Part shown: positions 11,486 through 42,680 of the stretch, piece after piece | How the letters are laid out: each line of letters starts with the position of its first letter | Position numbering within the stretch: position 1 is the stretch's first letter | Assembly: GCA_002269645.1 (NCBI GenBank) | Contig: NIVC01001098.1 | Coordinates: forward strand, 295,172-359,171 | Length of the DNA: 64,000 bases | Source of the DNA: Macrostomum lignano | Taxonomy: Eukaryota | Reading direction: 5' to 3' | Position numbers and translations under genes: made by a program | The notes under the pieces: model-generated | The model's database searches: none | What the model was told of the DNA's origin: nothing | What the model saw: the letters and a program-made list of their open reading frames with translations, nothing else

Positions 11486-12870
11486 ATGATCTCTAAGGCT
11501 TGTCTCATCTTCCTGCTCATCGCGCTGTCCGTAGCCAGAGGCTCAGCCATCGGCAGCAAGGTTGCATTCCACCGGGCGGCCCGGTGCCCATCTGGCAACT
11601 CCAGCCTCGCTAAGCTGAGACGCCTCGCAGGCGTTCGAGACCCTCGGGCCTGCTTTGTTGAGTGCGCCTCCGCCATCAGCTGCTCCGTGCTGCACAGGGC
11701 TTTGGACCAGGACTCCGCGTGCTACTTCGGTACCGCTGAGCAGCTAAACCGCTGAGCAGCCTCGCTCTGTTTGTGGAGTCTGCGGCACCTGGGTGCGTCA
11801 GCCACGTCAGGATCTCAAACTGGACTGCCGGAGACCAAGGAACCACACCAGCTTCTGGGGTGTCCGTGAAAAAACTGCCAACTACAATTGCCACCCAAAT
11901 AACTACTTCTCCGACCACAACCACTCCGACAACAGCCACTCCGACCACAACCACTCCGACAACAGCCACTCCGACCACAACCACTCCGACAACAGCCACT
12001 CCGACCAAAACAACTCCGATAGCCACTCCGACAACAAACACTCCGACAGCCACTCCGACAACCACTCCGACAACCACTCCGGCAGCAACCACTCCGACCA
12101 CAACCACTCCGACCACAACCACTCCGACCACAACCACTCCGACTACAATCACTCCGACCACAACCACTCCGACCACAACCACTCCGACCACAACCACTCC
12201 GACCACAACCACTCCGACCACAACCACTCCGACTACAACCACTCCGACCACAACCACTCCGACCACAACCACTCCGACCACAACCACTCCGACCACAACC
12301 ACTCCGACCACAACCACTCCGACCACAACCACTCCGACCACAACCACTCCGACCACAACCACTCCGACCAAAACCACTCCGACAACAGCCACTCCGACCA
12401 CAACCACTCCGACAACAGCCACTCCGACCACAACCACTCCGACAACAGCCACTCCGACCAAAACCACTCCGACCACAACCACTCCGACTACAACCACTCT
12501 GACAACAACCACTCCGACCACAACCACTCCGACAACAGCCACTCCGACCAAAACCACTCCGACCACAACCACTCCGACTACAATCACTCCAACTACAACC
12601 ACTCTGACAACAACCACTCCAACCTCAACTTCTCCGACCACAACCACTCCGACCACAACCACTCCGACCACAACCACTCCGACTACAATCACTCCAACTA
12701 CAACCACTCTGACAACAACCACTCCGACCACAACCACTCCGACCACAACCACTCCGACCACAACCACTCCGACTACAATCACTCCGACCACAACCACTCC
12801 GACCACAACCACTCCGACCACAACCACTCCGACAACAGCCGTGGAGAATGATCGTCGTCGTCGGAGGTAG
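11486..12870 (+). CDS. Secreted PAN/Apple-like Cys domain + Thr/Pro mucin-repeat protein (1-nt frameshift near 11745-11748)
   Basis: ATG 11486 starts a signal peptide (MISKACLIFLLIALSVARG), followed by a C-x3-C-x5-C...C pattern (ACFVECASAISC...SACYFG). One extra A in CTAAACC joins this to the frame KPLSSLALFVESAAPGCVSHVRISNW, followed by about 310 aa of TPTTT repeats (15-bp unit, 11911-12837). It ends at TAG 12868-12870, or may splice at AG|GTAGAT. Confidence 0.7.
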
Positions 12871-13399
12871 ATAAATTGATAGATAGATGCCTACGGCTCT
12901 CATGGTTTATATATAAACACGAGTGGTGCCCTAAAAGGATGTTAAATATCATATTAACGAATTTCCGGGAAAGCGTTGAGTATAACCTAATAAAATGCCT
13001 AAGATGGAAATTGATGTCTTAAAAAATATTTATATCTGTCGTGTTTGTAAATTTACTTGTCAAATTTGTCTTATTATTTCTTCAATTTTTACTCCTTTAA
13101 CATGGTTAACGCACAAATCTGTGAAGTGACAAATATAGTTATATATACGATGCTATCTGGGACAAACACTGATTCGCAAGTCGCTGTTTCGGTTTTATGA
13201 ATCATGTGGAGCCGGAAATGGAGCTACATGGAGTGACATGAAGTGGAGCAGAGCCTAGTTGAACAAGACTGCAGACACCAGGTACTACCAAAACTACCAA
13301 TTCCGTTACGAATATCCTCAGAATGAAGCTGAGGATAATCAATCTGGGAGAAATTCTTAGAAATGCTAACCGCAACTCTGACATGGCATGGTGCGACGC

Positions 13400-14216
13400 C
13401 AGCAGCAGAGCAATCGGTGCATCCCCAGAAGTAAATGTGGTGTCATCGCTGAAGACGCCTCGTGGCTACGTAAGCCAGACGACATAAACTTGGCTGAACT
13501 CAAAGCGATCATCAAGGGGCTCAACCTAGCAATCGCCTGGCGCACGAAGAGAGGGGAAATCATGACTGACTCGGCGACCGTGTACGGCTGGATCCGATCG
13601 TTGATCGCCAGCGAGAAACCCATCAGAGTCAAGGGTCTGGGTGAATCTCTGGCAAGAAGACGGCTGGCACTGATCCGCGCGACACGGCAGGGGTGAGGCT
13701 TGGAATTAGACGTCGCCAGAGGTGTCCTCGCTAAATAAGGCCGACGCACTCACGCGGGTACCACAGCAGTGGTTGCGCCAGGGGCCTCAGTGTGCGATCG
13801 CGCTGCTCCCTATCGACGAAGACATCAAGAAATGCCATGAGAAACACTGTACTATGGATACACTGTGGATAAGACACTGTACTTTGCCAGACTAAGCTTC
13901 CCGGACCGCCAAGTACAGCGTCAGGATGTGGAGCGGGTGGTTGACAGCTGCGGCCGCTGCAAGTCGGTCGATCGACCCTGCTGCAGTTAGCTGGGATCAC
14001 AGCGATCTTGAAGTTGAATCAAACTGGTGGCGTATAGCCTGCGACGTGACGCACTACTGCTCTTACAAGTGTTCCGGGAGCGAGGTCCTCCATGGCAGTC
14101 GCTACTCGACAACTCGCCGACGTCTCGCTCGGTTGAGGTAGCCAGCATGTGCAACGCATGGGGAGTGCAAGCCATCTTCCGATGCGCTCACCGCCTGTCC
14201 GGTAACGGAATCGTGA
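13400..14216 (+). mobile_element. Decayed Gypsy-type LTR retrotransposon pol fragment (RNase H + integrase)
   Basis: Pieces in different frames: IAEDASWLRK..INLAELKAIIKGLNLAIAW..IMTDSATVYGW (RNase H); NKADALTRVPQQWL; SIDPAAVSWDHSDLEVESNWWRIACDVTHY; FRERGPP..LLDN..CNAWGVQAIFRCAHRLSGNGIV (integrase core). Multiple frameshifts and stops. Confidence 0.85.
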
Positions 14217-14370
14217 AGCCAATCCTGAAGCTAACCCTGAAGCCAATCCTGAAACTAATCCTGAAACCAATCCTGAAACCAGTCCTGAAGCCAGTCCTGA
14301 AGCCAATCCTGAAACCAGTCCTGAAGCCAGTCCTAAAGCCAATCCTGAAACCAATCCTGAAGCCAATCAC
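14212..14370. repeat. 12-bp repeat (CTGAAGCCAATC)
   Basis: About 13 copies directly after the Gypsy integrase remnant. Confidence 0.92.
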
Positions 14371-14449
14371 AGCAGGCTTGTGCAATGACGTCAGACTCGG
14401 TTGCTTGGCAGCGCGGTTTGAAGGACGGGTCAATGGTCACGTCTAATTG

Positions 14450-14775
14450 GACTGGCCCAGCATCCGCCCTTACTGGCCCAGCATCCGCCCTTACTGGCCC
14501 AGCATCCGCCCTTACTGGCCCAGCATCCGCCCTTACTGGCCCAGCATCCGCCCTTACTGGCCCAGCATCCACCCTTACTGGCCCAGCATCCACCTGTACT
14601 CTGTCCTAGCATCCGCCCCCACCCTGTCCCAGCATCCGCCCCACCCTGTCCCAGCAACCGCCCCCACCGTGTCCCAGCATCCGCCCCACCCTGTCCCAGC
14701 AACCGCCCCACCCTGTCCCAGCAACCGCCCCCATCCTGTCCCAGCAACCGCCCCCATCCTGTCCCAGCAACCGCC
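14450..14775. repeat. Two adjacent about 21-bp minisatellites (TACTGGCCCAGCATCCGCCCT; CTGTCCCAGCAACCGCCCCAC)
   Basis: 14450-14592 and 14620-14775; the units are related. Confidence 0.9.
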
Positions 14776-15294
14776 TTTCTGTCCTCGGGTATTCAGATTT
14801 GGTAACCAATTCACAAATTGATAAAAAATGTGTCAAACAAATGTTGCGGTTATGATAAGTGTTATGGCAATGCAGTGAAGAGTTTAGCATACACTGTATA
14901 TGTATTATTATTCATCGATAGCACATCTGTACAAATCTTTCAGAGAATAAAATGAGAGCAAAACAATATGTTATCAGCTATATATTACTGAGGAAGTCAG
15001 TAGCACTAACAGAGTGTAATCACTATAGAGAACGATTGTTAAAACCGCAAATATTACTACTAACCAGTGAGTAGGTAGTGCAGTGCGTAAAACTCAAAGC
15101 GATGCACTGGAGGGCAGCGGGAGAGTCGGCAGCTGCAGGACGGAGGAGCGGCCCGGGGCAGCGCATGGCGCAAGAAGACACGGGGAGCCACAGGCAGGCA
15201 GGCAAGAAGGAACGGAGCGCTCAGCGCAACACTTGTGTACAGAAACTTGAAGAGAAATCTGGCAGATGGAGGCTGAGGGCAGGCGGAGAGGCCG

Positions 15295-32924
<17,630 letters not shown>

Positions 32925-34285
32925 TTCAAAAAACAGTTTTATCGCAAGTTCGATCAATTAAACGATGCATTGTGTATAAGTAATTAAGGACATTCCGTTT
33001 ACGTATGGCTGCATCAGCTGTAGTATTTTTTCAACAGTATTAAGGGTGCAAAAGAAAAGTAAAATAATCGACGGAATCAAAGACGTTAAATTAATGCAAG
33101 CAAGCTTGCTAACAATTTGCAAAGAAAAACAAATCGATAGTATTTTCTGTACAGGAGCAAAAGAAAATGTGTCTATATGTTTCAAAAAGTTTCTAAAACT
33201 AAGTTTAATTGAAATGTAACCATTTAATTTCTAAAATGTTTTTCCTATACAGATTCTACTTTTCTAAACACCGCGACCGACTTTGAAGTTCTCCGTCTTG
33301 ATGGAATTCTAGCTATAATGCAACATCTGTAGTGCCAGTGAACTTCTAAAAGTTATTTTCAAGTTCAATGCGTCATATAATTTCTTTGCTGTATATACTA
33401 CCGGTAGGAGCATAGTATAGTACATGTACGTAGAAAGAATAGAAAGAAAGAAGCGACAAAAATATATAAACGATCATTTTAACACATTTTATTTTTTTAA
33501 TTAAAAAATATTTGCGATACCAATCCATCATTCAATTTCTGGAAGAAATATCGTAAATGCGTCGCCAAAATGAAAGCTGACAACACCGATTTTATGTAGT
33601 AATAATTTAGTCATGTACATGTTGAACTTCTTGGCTTTGTCCCCCCACCATAAAATCCATTGTTACGCCCATTTATTGTGACATTTATTAAATCCAATTG
33701 TGACGCCCCTGATTCGTGATGAGGAGACGACGCAATTTTTCATTCTTAGAATCGCACCTGTGTTTCTACATGTAATACATGTACATGTATCTCCTCGATC
33801 TGATTTTTATCTTTTACAGTGTATTTATCCGTTTCATCTTAACAGATTAATTTATCAGAAATAATAAAATAATAACTCCTCATTAACATGCAGAAGTTAT
33901 AATGAAGTTCTCGTCTTATCTTGTAGGAGATAGGAGTTAATTTTTTAAGCTGTTTACGTCTAAAGATCATGACAAGCTGACGTCTAGGCCGATTTTGATT
34001 TACGAGAACCCTTTCACTTTTGGCGACAAATAGCTGGATGGGAAAAGTTGCTTCTCCAGTCTGCTTTTTGTCCTTGTTCTTACACTTTTTATATGATTTA
34101 TGATTAAAATGTCCAGTGGACTCTTCCTGGGCGTCAGGATGTATGGCAGTGGCATTTTTAGATAGATTTTTTCCCCGGCCAGTTTTTATTATGATTCATG
34201 ACTGCACCTGCCAGACCCCCTGCATCCCGAGGTCTGCCTGAGAGATCGCCCTGTGGAAAGTGCAAAGGGGGTCTAGAGAGATCAG

Positions 34286-34351
34286 CCAATCAAAGTCGAG
34301 CTAGTCATCTTTGGCTTGTCCAATCAGAAAATGGGACATCGAGTATAAAAA
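34286..34351 (+). promoter_or_regulatory. Candidate Pol II promoter (CCAAT x2 + TATAAAAA)
   Basis: CCAAT at 34286 and 34320 and TATAAAAA at 34344, in typical spacing. It points away from AGAP, and no downstream gene was recognised. Confidence 0.3.
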
Positions 34352-35196
34352 GTCGGCTCGTCCATTAAAATTCGATGACGTTTGGTATAATAAATCGGCC
34401 GTTATAAGGACTATGTACAGTAAGGGTGGGGGGACAGACCACCTCTCAAAGAAGCGCGCCTGCCCTCCTTCCTACGAGCTATAGCTCTTCTCCTTCCTTC
34501 TGGCCTACCTGCGTCTGCTCTCTCCGCGGCACACGGAGTCGATTTTTCCCCGCGAAAGCGCCTGGTTAACATCGCGGTGAAACGCCCTCTCCGGGCGCCC
34601 GACTTTCTGCATCTACATGTACTACATGTACATCACCTACATAAGAGCAACGACAGAAGTCATCGACTACCAGCACCAATTTTCTGCTGGTTGTCTCTGG
34701 AACTGCATGACTTCTGGTCCCTGCGGCAGCTTGAAAACTCTAATTGGTTGGGTGAGAGGCTTTTCTGACCTGCTCTATCGCGGGTACGTTACATAATGTT
34801 GCAAAACTGTTGCAGTGAGTGGGGAGTTTCAATCCATTAAGCGGCACAGTTACTTTTCTTACTTCGACTCCATTTGAAAGTTGTGAAGAGAAAAGCCAAA
34901 TATGACCAAGGTTTTAGATTAGAAGGCCGAACCCATCCATACGTGTACGTACACGCAAGAGATTAGAGAACTCACTCTTCATGTCCTCGCGATGTCTTAA
35001 CAATTCTTATTGGCAAAATTAGCCTAAATCACTCGGTACTTTTACTTTTTAATGACAAAAACGATCCTAACTTCTACATGTAATATGTACACGGCACATG
35101 TACATTTGTTGAGCTTTTTAATCATCCGAGATGTTGCGACCGTTACGGTTAGTTACTGGTACCATATATAATAACTCTGCCTTCGCGTATAAAGAC

Positions 35197-35497
35197 GAGT
35201 GTTGTAGCCTAGTGGTTAGAGCGTCAGACTCACGGCTTGAAGGTCGGGGGGTTCGATTCCCGATCCGACTGTCTTTGCGCAAAACATTTACATGTAACTC
35301 TGCATTGCTTCAGTTCACCCAGCTGTAAAATGGGTGCCAGTATAATTTGCTGGGGCAATTAAGGGTGTGTGGCGACCCCCCAGTCCTTGGACTGAACAGC
35401 CGGACCTTCAGATGCGCTGCGCAATAGCTGCGGATGAGCTGTCGGTTGCACATCTGGCCCTGTTGGGGCAGGTGTAATCAATTTTTATTATTATATA
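35197..35497 (+). mobile_element. tRNA-derived SINE with CORE-like central domain (copy 1)
   Basis: A-box TAGCCTAGTGG, B-box GGTTCGATTCCC, then ..TAACTCTGCATTGCTTCAGTTCACCCAGCTGTAAAATGGG and a (TAT)n tail. Collinear over about 300 bp with the copy at 49379-49696. Confidence 0.85.
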
Positions 35498-35906
35498 ACA
35501 CAGGAAAGCACATGTACCAGTATATGCAGAGAGCTACTTGAGCACAAGACTTGAATGACTTGTTGGAGCCAAAAGGAATTCAGCAGCCATGATCAATAGT
35601 TCTGATCTAGTTTTTCCCTGCAATTCTCCTGAATCTCCAATTGCAATTGAGAACAGTACATCTGAGCGCAGGTCCTGATGGTTGGTCAGTTTGATCGACC
35701 ATACGAACAAATAATGAAGTCGAGAAAACAGGTTCCAAAATTTTTCATCCAACCAAATCGAAAGTCGCTAGACAGCGAGAGTCGCTATGGAACCGTGAGC
35801 TGCAATGTATTTTTTCCAATGATCAACACGTCAAAATCAACAAGCAGTCAGCGTGCTCAATCCGGCAGTGCTCAGTCCGGCCTCACTAAGCCCAGGTGCG
35901 CAAAAA

Positions 35907-38031
35907 TCACCAGTTGCCATCGGCGGCGGCAACAGCGGCGCCCCAATCGGCGATGCCGCCGGAAGCCGCCTGCTGTTCGAAGGTGGCCCCGCCGAAGCCG
36001 CTGACAGTGGCAGCCGGAGCCGTCACCGGCTCGCCCCAGTCCTCGGTGCTGGCCACGGCGGCTGGAGCAGCGGCGAACTCGGCACCCGGAGGGGGGATGG
36101 CGCTGGGCTCCACCTGCTCCTCCTCAGCCTTCTGCTCCTTCTCCTGCTCCTCAGGAGTCCGGTAGAAGAACAGGTCCGGCATCACGTCCCAGTCGGTGTC
36201 GTACGGGATCGTGCCGCGGATGCGGAGCACCTGGATGGTGGCAGCACTTGTGATCAGTATTTACTCTTCACATGCCTTGACATGATCTGTGTATACATGC
36301 ACCCTGAGCACCAATACCTTGGCAAAGGCCTCAAAACCTTCACATAACCCTTCATATTTTGACATACAGTTTGCCCCTTAGCGTAAATTTTGGCATAAAT
36401 TTCACACCCGGTGATTTGAAACCGCCATGGCAAAACCTTGAAGCCGAATGTGCCAAGACCTCACCTGTCTGGTCAGCAGCCACCAGATGAGGCCGACGCT
36501 GTGAACGCCGACATTGTTGCAGGGCACGGCGAGGTCCACGTGGCGCAGGCTGGCGTCCGAGTTGCACAACGCAATGACCGGCAAGTTCACGTAGCGAGCC
36601 TCGGTGATGGCCTGGTGGTCCTGGCGCGGGCAGCTCACGATCAGCAGGCGGGGCTCGCGGAAGGCGGCCTGCGGATTTGGTTAGAATTACGGACAGGTGA
36701 GAATTGGCTGGGCGGGAGAGAACCCTTAGGAGTGATAGCAGTGAACCCTTAGGAGTGATAGCAGTGAACCTGTAGGAGTGACAGCAGTGAACCCGTAAGA
36801 GTGATAGCAGTGAACCCTTAGGAGTGACAGCAGTGAACCCCTAGGAGTGACAGCAGTGAACCCTTAGGAGTGATAGCAGTGAACCCTTAGGAGTGACAGC
36901 AGTGAACCCTTAGGAGTGATAGCAGTGAACCCGCAGGAGTGACAGCAGTGAAATCGTAGGAGTGATAGCAGTGAACCCGTAGGAGTGACAGCAGTGAACC
37001 TGAAGGAGTGACAGAAGTAAACCCGTAGGAGTGACAGCACAGCAGTGAACCCTTAGGAGTGACAGAAGTGAACCCTTAGGAGTGATAGCAGTGAACCCGT
37101 AGGAGTGATAGCAGTGAAATCGTTGGAGTGACAGCAGTGAACCTGAAGGAGTGACAGAAGTAAACCCGTAGGAGTGACAGCACAGCAGTGAACCCTTAGG
37201 AGTGACAGCAGTGAACCCTTAGGAGTGACAGCAGTGAACCCGTAGGAGTGACAGCAGTGAACCCGTAGGAGTGACAGCAGTGAACCCTTACGAGTGACAG
37301 CAGTGAACCCTTAGGAGTGACAGCAGTGAACCCTTACGAGTGACAGCAGTGAACCCTTAGGAGTGATAGCAGTGAACCCTTAGGAGTGACAGCAGTGAAC
37401 CCTTACGAGTGACAGCAGTGAACCCTTAGGAGTGACAGCAGTGAACCCGTAGGAGTGACAGCAGTGAACCCGTAGGAGTGATAGCAGTGAACCCTTAGGA
37501 GTGACAGCAGTGAACCCTTAGGAGTGACAGCAGTGAACCCTTAGGAGTGATAGCAGTGAACCCGTAGGAGTGACAGCAGTGACAGCCGCAGTGAATTACC
37601 CAGTTTAATAAGGATTACCGACGTGAAACCAGTCGCTAGAAAAGTGATTAAAACAAAGTTATCCCCACAGCACAGATCATAAAACAGCAAACCTGAATCT
37701 GGTTGGTGAGAGTTCCAGGCGTGAATCGGCCAGCAATGGGGGTGGCTCCGGTGTACCTGGAAAACTTGAGCACAGCCCGCTGAGCCTGGGCAGTGCCGGC
37801 CACAGCGAAGACATCGGCCGGGTTCTCCACGGCGGCGATGGCCCTGGCGGCCAGCACGATCTTCTCCCAGGTCTTGCGGCAGTTGAAGACGCTGACGCCA
37901 GCCTTGGTGGTGCCGAACACGTACTGCTCCATCTGGTGGTCGGTGTTCCTGGAGCCGAGTTGGGCCTGGGCGGCCACCATGAGGCGAGCGTCCTCCGCCT
38001 TCAGGGCCAAGCAATCAATGCCCGAAGTCAT
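35907..38031 (-). CDS. RPSA: 40S ribosomal protein SA (uS2 / laminin receptor), divergent copy, 3 exons, 288 aa
   Basis: Exons 37693-38031, 36465-36668, 35907-36230. Motifs: [75 protein letters not shown], and an acidic tail with DW repeats. Confidence 0.95.
36720..37582. repeat. 23-bp minisatellite (GCAGTGAACCCTTAGGAGTGACA) in RPSA intron
   Basis: About 37 copies. Confidence 0.96.
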
Positions 38032-38569
38032 CGTAGCTGCAGCATCGGGACAGGGCATTGCCGGTGAAGCATTCCGCCTTACACTCGCACAGTGTTAAGC
38101 TAGCGGCTTGGATACAAAGACAGCAAGACCAAAACAAGGATCAGCAGTTGCTACAGCCACAGCAAAGTAGCATATGCAAATTCAATTGTTTATTTGCTTA
38201 ATCAACGGATTTGCAGTAAAAATAGCAAACTTTAACGACACGGCTACTGTTTCTGTTTTAAATCGACAGACTTGAAGAAGCAAAATGCTTCAAGTTCGCT
38301 GCTGATTGCGCAGGTGCAACAAGGGGAAAAAGACGGCTCATCAAGACTCAAATATTTTAAACTCAATTTGCTCAACTGGGCATTTCAGACTATGAAGGAA
38401 AAACTGGGCAATTACAGACAGCAGCGGCCACAGCAAAAGACAGCGCTGCAACTGCTATGGATAATTCCTTGCTTCATACTCGGATATCAGAGTAATCAGA
38501 CCCTTCGCAACTGTGACAAGAGTGGGATGGGCAGGAAAGGAGAGGATGGGATTAAGAGAAGAGGTGCAG

Positions 38570-38910
38570 GATGGGATCAGAAGACAGTATGGGATCAAGA
38601 GACACGTGTGCAGGATGGGATCAGAAGACAGTATGGGATCAAGAGACACGTGTACAGGATGGGATCAGAAGACAGTATGGGATCAAGAGACACGTGTACA
38701 GGATGGGATCAGAAGACAGTATGGGATCAAGAGACACGTGTACAGGATGGGATAAGAAGACAGTATGGGATCAAGAGACACGTGTGCAGGATGGGATCAG
38801 AAGACACAGTATGGGGATCAAGAGACACATGTACAGGATGGGATCAGAAGACACAGTATGGGATCAAGAGACACGTGTGCAGGATGGGATCAGAAGACAG
38901 TATGGGATCA
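38570..38910. repeat. 44-bp minisatellite between COA3 and RPSA
   Basis: GGGATCAAGAGACACGTGTACAGGATGGGATCAGAAGACAGTAT, about 7.5 copies. Confidence 0.94.
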
Positions 38911-38920
38911 AAGTAGTGGC

Positions 38921-39178
38921 TCAGGCGGCCCTGTCGGCAGGCTGCTGCTGGGTGTCAGGCGGCAGGGTGGTGAAGTCGGGGTCCAGCGCCAGGTCATCCT
39001 GTCGCATTCGCAGCAGAGTGAAGGAATAAATGCCGCACACGAGGCCGCTCAGGCCAAGCAGGAGGGCCAGAGAGTGGGAGCGGCCGCGCAGGAACTGGCC
39101 GGCCCTGGCCCGGTTCATGCCATCCATGCGCCGCATCTGGCTGCGGGCGAAGTCGCCGCCGGAGTCGCCACTGCTCAT
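38921..39178 (-). CDS. COA3: Cytochrome c oxidase assembly factor 3 (COA3/CCDC56)-like, single exon, 85 aa
   Basis: Basic N-terminal half, one TM segment (LALLLGLSGLVCGIYSFTLL), then RMRQDDL. This matches the Coa3 pattern LG..GIY.YT....QE.F. Codon usage is GC-rich like the neighbouring genes. Confidence 0.65.
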   Translation of the reverse strand: MSSGDSGGDFARSQMRRMDGMNRARAGQFLRGRSHSLALLLGLSGLVCGIYSFTLLRMRQDDLALDPDFTTLPPDTQQQPADRAA

Positions 39179-39206
39179 TGCTGAGGGCTGCTGCGGGTTG
39201 GAATTT

Positions 39207-39478
39207 GCACTGGCACTGCTGAGGTTTATACAGCACCAATGCTAGCAGTAACTGGGCCCTAATCCCGGCTTGTGCACTGGCACTGCTGAGGTTTATGGAG
39301 CACCAATGCTAGCAGTAACTGGGCCCTAATCCCGGCTTGTGCACTGGCACTGCTGAGGTTTATACAGCACCAGTGCTAGCAGTAACTGGGCCGTAATCCC
39401 GGCTTGTGCACTGGCACTGCTGAGGTTTATGGAGCACCAGTGCTAGCAGTAACTGGGCCCTAATCCCGGCTTGTGCAG
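39207..39478. repeat. 67-bp tandem repeat x4 immediately upstream of COA3
   Basis: Starts at 39207, 39274, 39341, 39408. Confidence 0.94.
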
Positions 39479-40114
39479 TGGGAAATGGCAAAGGTGTTTA
39501 GGGTCTGCTTATTTAGGGGTGCATAAAATTCTAAGAGCGGCTATTCTCCCTAGGCCTAGGGCTTCGCAGATAAAGCAGATAAATGACTCACTGAGGTTTA
39601 ACAGCGCATTCACTGAGTGCCAGTGCCGCAGCTGTTTATATTTATCACATTGTGTTTATCTGTTTATCACATAGAAAACGATTGTGAACAAGTTTCAGTA
39701 AACAGTAGTAAAAACAGCGGAGGGACTCAATAAACAGAGCTGTGTGATGAAGCGGTGCTGAGGGAGTGAAATTCTCACTGCTCATAACAATGGAATGCGG
39801 ATTAGAAAAGCCAAATGAACGCTTACAGTGGGGCAGAAAGCATAAAATAATATGGCATGGATTCGAACTGCGGATCACAGACGGACAGACAGACAACGAC
39901 CGAATAGACAGAAAAGCGCTTGATAAACTTGGAATCGCTAACAGAGAGCTCAGAAACAGGTATAATAATCAATCAGGTTGTGCAACCACGACAGACAGCG
40001 CAGACCTGTCCAATGTCGGATTCACAATAGTATTGCAGTTTGAGAAGTGCAGTCGAGGCCATTGGGAATTTCCAATCGTATTCCTTAAGGAATCCCGATT
40101 GTATTGTTTGGGGA

Positions 40115-40452
40115 ATCCCAATTATATAATTTCGGGAAATCCCAATTATACCATTTTGGGGAATTCCAATTATACCACTTTGGGGAATTTCAATTATACT
40201 ATTTTGGGAAATCCCAATTATACTATTTTGGGGAATCCCAATACTATTTTGGGGAATCCCAATTATACCATTTTGGGGAATCCCAATATAACATTTCGGG
40301 GAATCCCAATTATACCATTTTGGGGAATCCCAATTATACCATTTCGGGGAATCCCAATTATACCATTTCGGGGAATCCCAATTATACCATTTCGGGGAAT
40401 CCCAATTATACCATTTCGGGGAATCCCAATTATACTATTTTGGGAAATCCCG
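40115..40452. repeat. 22-bp minisatellite (GGGGAATCCCAATTATACCATT)
   Basis: About 15 copies. Confidence 0.93.
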
Positions 40453-40796
40453 ATAATATAATTTGCAGAAATTCCTATACGTACCTCCAAGAAAGGCTCA
40501 AAATGAAGCTTTTGATATTGAAACTTTGTGCGCAGCAAAAACTATCAGATGAATTCCCCTAGTAAATATGGGTGGAAATGTACTTGAAAGTTATTCAAGT
40601 ACTTAAAATGTACTTTTGAAATGCTGCGAAACGAGCAGCTCTCAAAATAAAACGAGACGCAATAAAAACAAACAGACTAAAAACGGGACAGACTAACAAT
40701 AAGCTGAAAAAGACCAGAGAAAACTTGCGAATAGCAAAGGCGCCGAAAAGACCGGCGTAGCTGAATGGGCAGGTCGGCAGCGCAGGTGCTGGCAGG

Positions 40797-42680
<1,884 letters not shown>

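Noticed and set aside
11732-11760. Programmed ribosomal frameshift or 16-bp duplication as the cause of the mucin gene break
   Set aside because: There is no X XXY YYZ slippery site or downstream structure. Removing the 16-bp duplication leads to the implausible DHNHS frame. A missing A is simpler.
11676-12851. His/Asn-rich (DHNHS)n and antisense poly-Val ORFs
   Set aside because: They are alternative frames of the TPTTT mucin repeat. The Thr frame is the one that connects to the signal peptide and Cys domain by a single homopolymer indel.
35197-35275. tRNA gene
   Set aside because: A and B boxes are present but there is no acceptor-stem closure, and it continues into a body shared with the 49.4-kb copy, so it is a SINE head.
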